A stretch of 64,000 nt of DNA from Gemmatimonadota bacterium (GTDB lineage Bacteria > Gemmatimonadota > Gemmatimonadetes > Gemmatimonadales > GWC2-71-9), in assembly GCA_022563595.1 (NCBI GenBank), contig JADFNB010000008.1, positions 258 through 64,257 of the forward strand, in the 5' to 3' direction. The translations under genes and the position numbers were made by a program. Of this stretch, positions 59,788 to 64,000 are shown one piece after another; the stretch's first letter is position 1; each line of letters starts with the position of its first letter. The notes under the pieces are model-generated. The model did not search any database. It was not told the DNA's origin and was given only the letters and a program-made list of their open reading frames with translations.

Positions 59788-60555
59788 CTAACGGGACGCA
59801 AACCGCGCCTGAACCTGCGCTTCCCCCCCAGCGGTGACCGTAACCTGCTGCGTCTCGGTCCCAAGCCGCTCGTGCCAGAACTGCAGCGTGTACGTACCAG
59901 GCGGGACATCGTCGAGCCGGTAGTTCCCATCCTGATCCGTGATCACATAGTAAGGGTGAGCTGCCACCGCAATCCAACCACTCATCCAGTTGTGCGCATC
60001 ACATTCGACATGCACGATCTCCGCATGAGCTAGGCGTATCCTGACGGACCGCAGAAACCCCGGTTGTGCCTTGTTGACCGGCCGATTCTCCGTACCGCGG
60101 GTGTGCACATTGTGTAGGATCCCGTCGTTGTTCCAGACTTCGAATTGCTCCCCGACCGGTACGATCAGAACGTGCGGTACAAAGCGGCATCCGTTCTGCG
60201 CGAGGGCGGCAGGAGAGTGTCGCGGTTCCCACGCTTTTCCTTCCCGGATATCACTGATCCATACGACAACGTTCTGTAACCCACCGCCGCCGCCGACCAG
60301 CAGATCCTCGGCGAACTGCGGCTCCCGCGCGCAGACCACCGTGTCTATCGTGATCGCGAGCCGGCGCGGAGTCGATGCCGTGCCTGTGAAGGTGACTTGG
60401 CCGACGATCGCACCGCCGTCCGAAACATCACCGGTAACGTAGTCACCCTGCTGAGCCGAGATCGGTGCAGTGATGCCTGATAGCAGACTGACGACGAAAA
60501 GCCCAATCCGACGACTGGTAGCAGCGACACATTGAACTGCTGTTTGGGACGCCAC
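59788..60555 (-). CDS. Exported cupredoxin-like protein with carboxypeptidase-regulatory-like domain
   Basis: Signal peptide; Q.GCRF.PHV, LHNVH, CDAHNWM (His...Cys-x2-His-x2-Met); HPY..TD..G.Y.L..VPPG.Y..WHE. Confidence 0.78.
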   Translation of the reverse strand: MASQTAVQCVAATSRRIGLFVVSLLSGITAPISAQQGDYVTGDVSDGGAIVGQVTFTGTASTPRRLAITIDTVVCAREPQFAEDLLVGGGGGLQNVVVWISDIREGKAWEPRHSPAALAQNGCRFVPHVLIVPVGEQFEVWNNDGILHNVHTRGTENRPVNKAQPGFLRSVRIRLAHAEIVHVECDAHNWMSGWIAVAAHPYYVITDQDGNYRLDDVPPGTYTLQFWHERLGTETQQVTVTAGGEAQVQARFASR

Positions 60556-60633
60556 GGTCGATGCGCTCCCGCATAGGATGTGAACCCGTTGAGAGCCTCC
60601 CCGGGCGCTGTCACTATGAAGTACGCTGTATGA

Positions 60634-60660
60634 AGGTTACCTGAGTTTTCAGTGAAACCT
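60634..60660. promoter_or_regulatory. Imperfect inverted repeat in the divergent intergenic region
   Basis: AGGTTACCTGA-GTTT-TCAGTGAAACCT. Confidence 0.3.
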
Positions 60661-60848
60661 GCCTTAGCCCCGACACCCGGGACACCAACGGATTGTCACG
60701 CGACGACCCTACTTGTCGCATGCGAAGAGGAGCCGCCTACACCAGGAACAAATACAACAGTTCCACTCGTGATTATTGGAGCGAAGACCTTGACGATGTG
60801 ATCGGCGGGAGACCTATTAGCGATGTGGAACTTCGAGGAGAATGACCG

Positions 60849-62099
60849 GTGACCACTACACTCGATCATCGACAGCTCTACCGGCTTCCGTGGACCCTGC
60901 CGGACAACGCGATCGCGTGGCTGGAACCCACAATGAAGTGCAACTTGGCGTGCGAAGGCTGTTATCGGGCAAATGTAAGCCAACACAAGTCCCTCGAGGA
61001 GGTGGCGGCGGACCTGGACGTCTTCGACCGTTACCGCAACGCCGACGGTGTTTCGATCGCCGGCGGGGATCCACTCACCCATCCCCAGATCGTCGACATC
61101 GTGCGGATGGTCGCCGACCGCGGCTGGAAGCCCATCCTCAACACCAACGGCCTCGCTCTCACTGAGGACCTTCTCCGAGAGATGAAACGTGGAGGCCTCT
61201 TCGGCCTCACGTTACACATCGACAGCAAACAGCATCGTCCAAAATGGAAGAACAAGACCGAACAGGAACACAATGCCTTGCGGCTTCACTATGCGGAGAT
61301 GGTCGCACGCGTCGGCGGACTCACCTGCTCATTTAACGCCACGGTGTATGGGGATACGCTCGACGCCGTTCCGGACCTCGTGGCCTGGGCGCAGGAACAC
61401 ATCGATATCGTGCACGTCATGGTCTTCATCTGCTACCGCGAGCCCGCACAACCCACTCAGTTCGACTACTACGCGGGCGGGCAGAAGGTGGACATGGGGC
61501 CGCTGACGTACGAGGACACGGGACAGCGAATCGACATCTCCGCCCCGGAGGTCGTGGCCAAGATCCGCCAGCGGTTTCCTGACTTCGAGCCCTGCGCGTA
61601 TCTCAACGGCACGGAGAAGCCGGATTCCTTCAAGTGGCTTCTGGCCAGTCGCCTGGGCACGCGCAAGCGGATATACGGTTACACGGGGCGCAAGATGATG
61701 GAGCTGGCGCAGGTGTCGCACCATCTCAGGACCGGACGGTATATGGCCTACGCGCCCCCCGCGGTACTTCGGCGGGGCAGATGGCTGCTCTGGCTCTGGC
61801 CGTTCGATCGCGGCGTCCGGCGCGCCTTTCTGCGTGCGCTGCGCTCTCCCAGCCTCCTATTTCGCCGCCTGCACCTGCAATCGATCATGATCATCTCACC
61901 GGTCGAGGTACTGGCCGACGGACGGCAGAACATGTGCGACGGCTGTCCGGACATGACCGTTTGGGACGGCGAGTTGGCCTGGTCGTGTCGGCTGGAAGAA
62001 TGTATCCATTTCGGTCAGTTCGTACGGACGGTGCCGAAGGAGCACGCGATGCCGAAACCGGCCAAGCCCGACCTCGTCACGCTCCGGCTCGGCGGGTAA
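60849..62099 (+). CDS. Radical SAM protein of unknown function
   Basis: CNLACEGC, IAGGDP, TNG; C-terminal MCDGCPD..SC..EEC. Confidence 0.9.
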   Translation: MTTTLDHRQLYRLPWTLPDNAIAWLEPTMKCNLACEGCYRANVSQHKSLEEVAADLDVFDRYRNADGVSIAGGDPLTHPQIVDIVRMVADRGWKPILNTNGLALTEDLLREMKRGGLFGLTLHIDSKQHRPKWKNKTEQEHNALRLHYAEMVARVGGLTCSFNATVYGDTLDAVPDLVAWAQEHIDIVHVMVFICYREPAQPTQFDYYAGGQKVDMGPLTYEDTGQRIDISAPEVVAKIRQRFPDFEPCAYLNGTEKPDSFKWLLASRLGTRKRIYGYTGRKMMELAQVSHHLRTGRYMAYAPPAVLRRGRWLLWLWPFDRGVRRAFLRALRSPSLLFRRLHLQSIMIISPVEVLADGRQNMCDGCPDMTVWDGELAWSCRLEECIHFGQFVRTVPKEHAMPKPAKPDLVTLRLGG

Positions 62100-62255
62100 C
62101 TTCCGGTGGCGTACGCCGAAGTGCTGGACGGTCTCGCCTATGTCGCCGATTGCCGGGGGCTGTTGCCGCACGCCGCTCTCACGCGTTGGATTCGCCGGCA
62201 GGCGGAACGGACTCTGGCACAAGCTGATTGGTGACACCCATCCTGAGCAGGACAG

Positions 62256-63431
62256 ATGGCTGATTCGTACGACGTCGCGATCATCGGTGGCGGCATCATG
62301 GGCTGCTGCACCGCGTACGAGCTGGCGCGGCGCGGGCTGAAGGTGATCCTGCTGGAAAAGGACAGCATCGGCGGAGCGAGCACGGGCAGGTCGTCCGCCA
62401 TAGTGCGGCAACACTATTCCAATGAGTTGACCGCGCGCATGGCGCTCTACAGCGTGCGCGTCTTCCAACATTTCCGCGACCTGATCGGCGACGACTGCGG
62501 GTTCCACCGAACGGGGTTCGTGGCCCTGGCCACCGCCTCGGACCGCGAGGGACTCGAGGCGAACGTGGCGCTCCAGCGAGCGGTCGGCATCGAGACGTCG
62601 GTTCTATCGATCGCAGATCTTCGCGAGCTGGTACCGACCATCGATCCGGCCGGCATCGTGGCCGCCGCCTACGAGCCGGAGAGCGGGTACGCCGATCCGC
62701 ATCTCACGGTCAGCGCCTACGCGGCGGCCGCGCGACGCCACGGAGCCCAACTGGTTCCGGACACAGAGGTTACTGGGATCACGTTCGCCGGTGACCGGGT
62801 CACCGGTGTGGCAGCCCGCACCGGCCGTTACCCAGCGGCACGCGTGATCAATTGTGCCGGTCCGTGGGGAGCGCGCGTTGCGGCCATGGCGGGTATCGAG
62901 GCGCCCATTCATTCATGTCGCGCGCAGGTGGCCGTGTTCCGCCGGCCGGATGAGTATGCGGCAGACCATCCCGTGGTGCTGGACTTCCCGAACGCCGCCT
63001 ACTACCGCGCCGAGACGGGTAATCTGACTATCGCCGGCCTGATCGACCCCGCCGAAGCCAAAGCGGTCGTCGACCCGGACGACTACGATGAGACGATCGA
63101 CGCCGATTTCATCGAGTTGGTGGGAGCGCGGTTCCTCAGTCGTTTTCCCATGATGGCGTCCACGGAGAGCCGCGGCGGCTTCGCCGGCCTCTACGCCATC
63201 ACACCCGACTGGCATCCGATCATCGACGAAGTTCCTGAGGGAAGCGGGCACTACCTCTGCACCGGATTCAGCGGTCACGGGTTCAAGCTAGGGCCCGCCG
63301 TGGGCAGGATGGTGGCGGACATGGTAACGGAGGCAGCGTCCTGTGAGTTCGATCCGCGCCCCTTCCGTCTGAGTCGTTACGCCGAGAACGATCCGGTTCG
63401 CGGACGTTACGAGTACGGTATCGCGGGGTAA
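62256..63431 (+). CDS. FAD-dependent oxidoreductase (DAO / sarcosine oxidase beta-like)
   Basis: IIGGGIMG, STGRSS, NCAGPW, TPDWHPII, GFSGHGFK. Confidence 0.92.
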   Translation: MADSYDVAIIGGGIMGCCTAYELARRGLKVILLEKDSIGGASTGRSSAIVRQHYSNELTARMALYSVRVFQHFRDLIGDDCGFHRTGFVALATASDREGLEANVALQRAVGIETSVLSIADLRELVPTIDPAGIVAAAYEPESGYADPHLTVSAYAAAARRHGAQLVPDTEVTGITFAGDRVTGVAARTGRYPAARVINCAGPWGARVAAMAGIEAPIHSCRAQVAVFRRPDEYAADHPVVLDFPNAAYYRAETGNLTIAGLIDPAEAKAVVDPDDYDETIDADFIELVGARFLSRFPMMASTESRGGFAGLYAITPDWHPIIDEVPEGSGHYLCTGFSGHGFKLGPAVGRMVADMVTEAASCEFDPRPFRLSRYAENDPVRGRYEYGIAG

Positions 63432-63575
63432 CCCGCGACCGCCCACCCGCGCCGCACCCGGCCTCGGGGTGCGAGCTTCCCCAATAGTCGGTACTTTTAG
63501 GAACTCTCGCCGGGGCTCCCGGCGACCCCCGCTTACCCTGCCCGAAGTCGGCACGCCGCGCGTGGAGGACACCAC

Positions 63576-64000
63576 ATGGCCGTCGGACCTGCAACGACCT
63601 CTTTGGGAGAGGTCGAACACAAGAAGGGTATCTGCGGCATCTGCCCCGCCGGCTGCTGGGTGGAGGTCGGCGTGCAAGACGGCCGTCTTGTCACCATCGT
63701 GCCCGACACGGGGCATCCACTGGCAATGATCTGCAGGCGAGGGGAACACGCTCCGGAGATCGTGCACTCCGAGAACCGGCTACAGTATCCGATGAGGCGC
63801 GTCGGTCGGAAGGGCACCTACGAGTTCGCCAGAATAACGTGGGATGAAGCCTACGACCTGATCGTCCGGAACCTGAACTCCATCAAACAGGAATCTGGTC
63901 CCGAAGCCGTCGCCATCTATACCGGTCGCGGCGCTTTCGAGTTGTCGCTCTGCGACATGTACCAGCCGCGTGACGTGGCCGTGTCATCAGCGTCGAACGT
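63576..64000 (+). CDS. Molybdopterin (MopB/DMSO reductase family) oxidoreductase, N-terminal part only
   Basis: Hand translation after GGAGG RBS: CGICPAGC..ICRRG (4Fe-4S), RLQYPMRR, ITWDEA, GPEAV; no Tat signal; runs off the window. Confidence 0.88.
   Translation, partial: MAVGPATTSLGEVEHKKGICGICPAGCWVEVGVQDGRLVTIVPDTGHPLAMICRRGEHAPEIVHSENRLQYPMRRVGRKGTYEFARITWDEAYDLIVRNLNSIKQESGPEAVAIYTGRGAFELSLCDMYQPRDVAVSSASN

Noticed and set aside
60849-62099. Tetraether/membrane-spanning lipid synthase (Tes/Mss) call
   Set aside because: The N-terminal metal-binding CxxC..C..H domain of Tes is absent; evidence is insufficient.

Overview
High-GC bacterial chromosome segment, probably Gemmatimonadota-like. 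That assignment is inferred from gene content: two VPS10/BNR hydrolases, DUF5916, 6-bladed propeller, PEGA kinase, 'ERLDFAERLL'-type small protein. About 45 intact CDSs: secreted hydrolases/peptidases, gltA, pncB, otsA, rocD, egtD, ctaB/cyoE, a CPA1 antiporter, and tRNA-Leu(GAG)/tRNA-Thr(CGT). No CRISPR array, integrase or intact transposase seen. Highlights: (1) a four-gene minus-strand unit at 56.2-60.6 kb (type-1-copper cupredoxin-like protein, di-heme cytochrome c, Cyc2-like heme-c/porin fusion, U32-family Fe-S protein), a candidate outer-membrane electron-uptake or Fe(II)-oxidation module bounded by an IS91-like scar; (2) a Phd/YefM antitoxin followed by a VapC/PIN toxin fused in frame to trehalose-6-phosphate phosphatase, convergent on otsA; (3) a small xRR-repeat protein behind a sigma54-like promoter; (4) many pseudogenes collapsed by internal deletion; (5) a dispersed degenerate octamer repeat family; (6) tandem ARG-box-like sites over the rocD promoter. 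All family calls come from motif recognition by eye; no database search was run.
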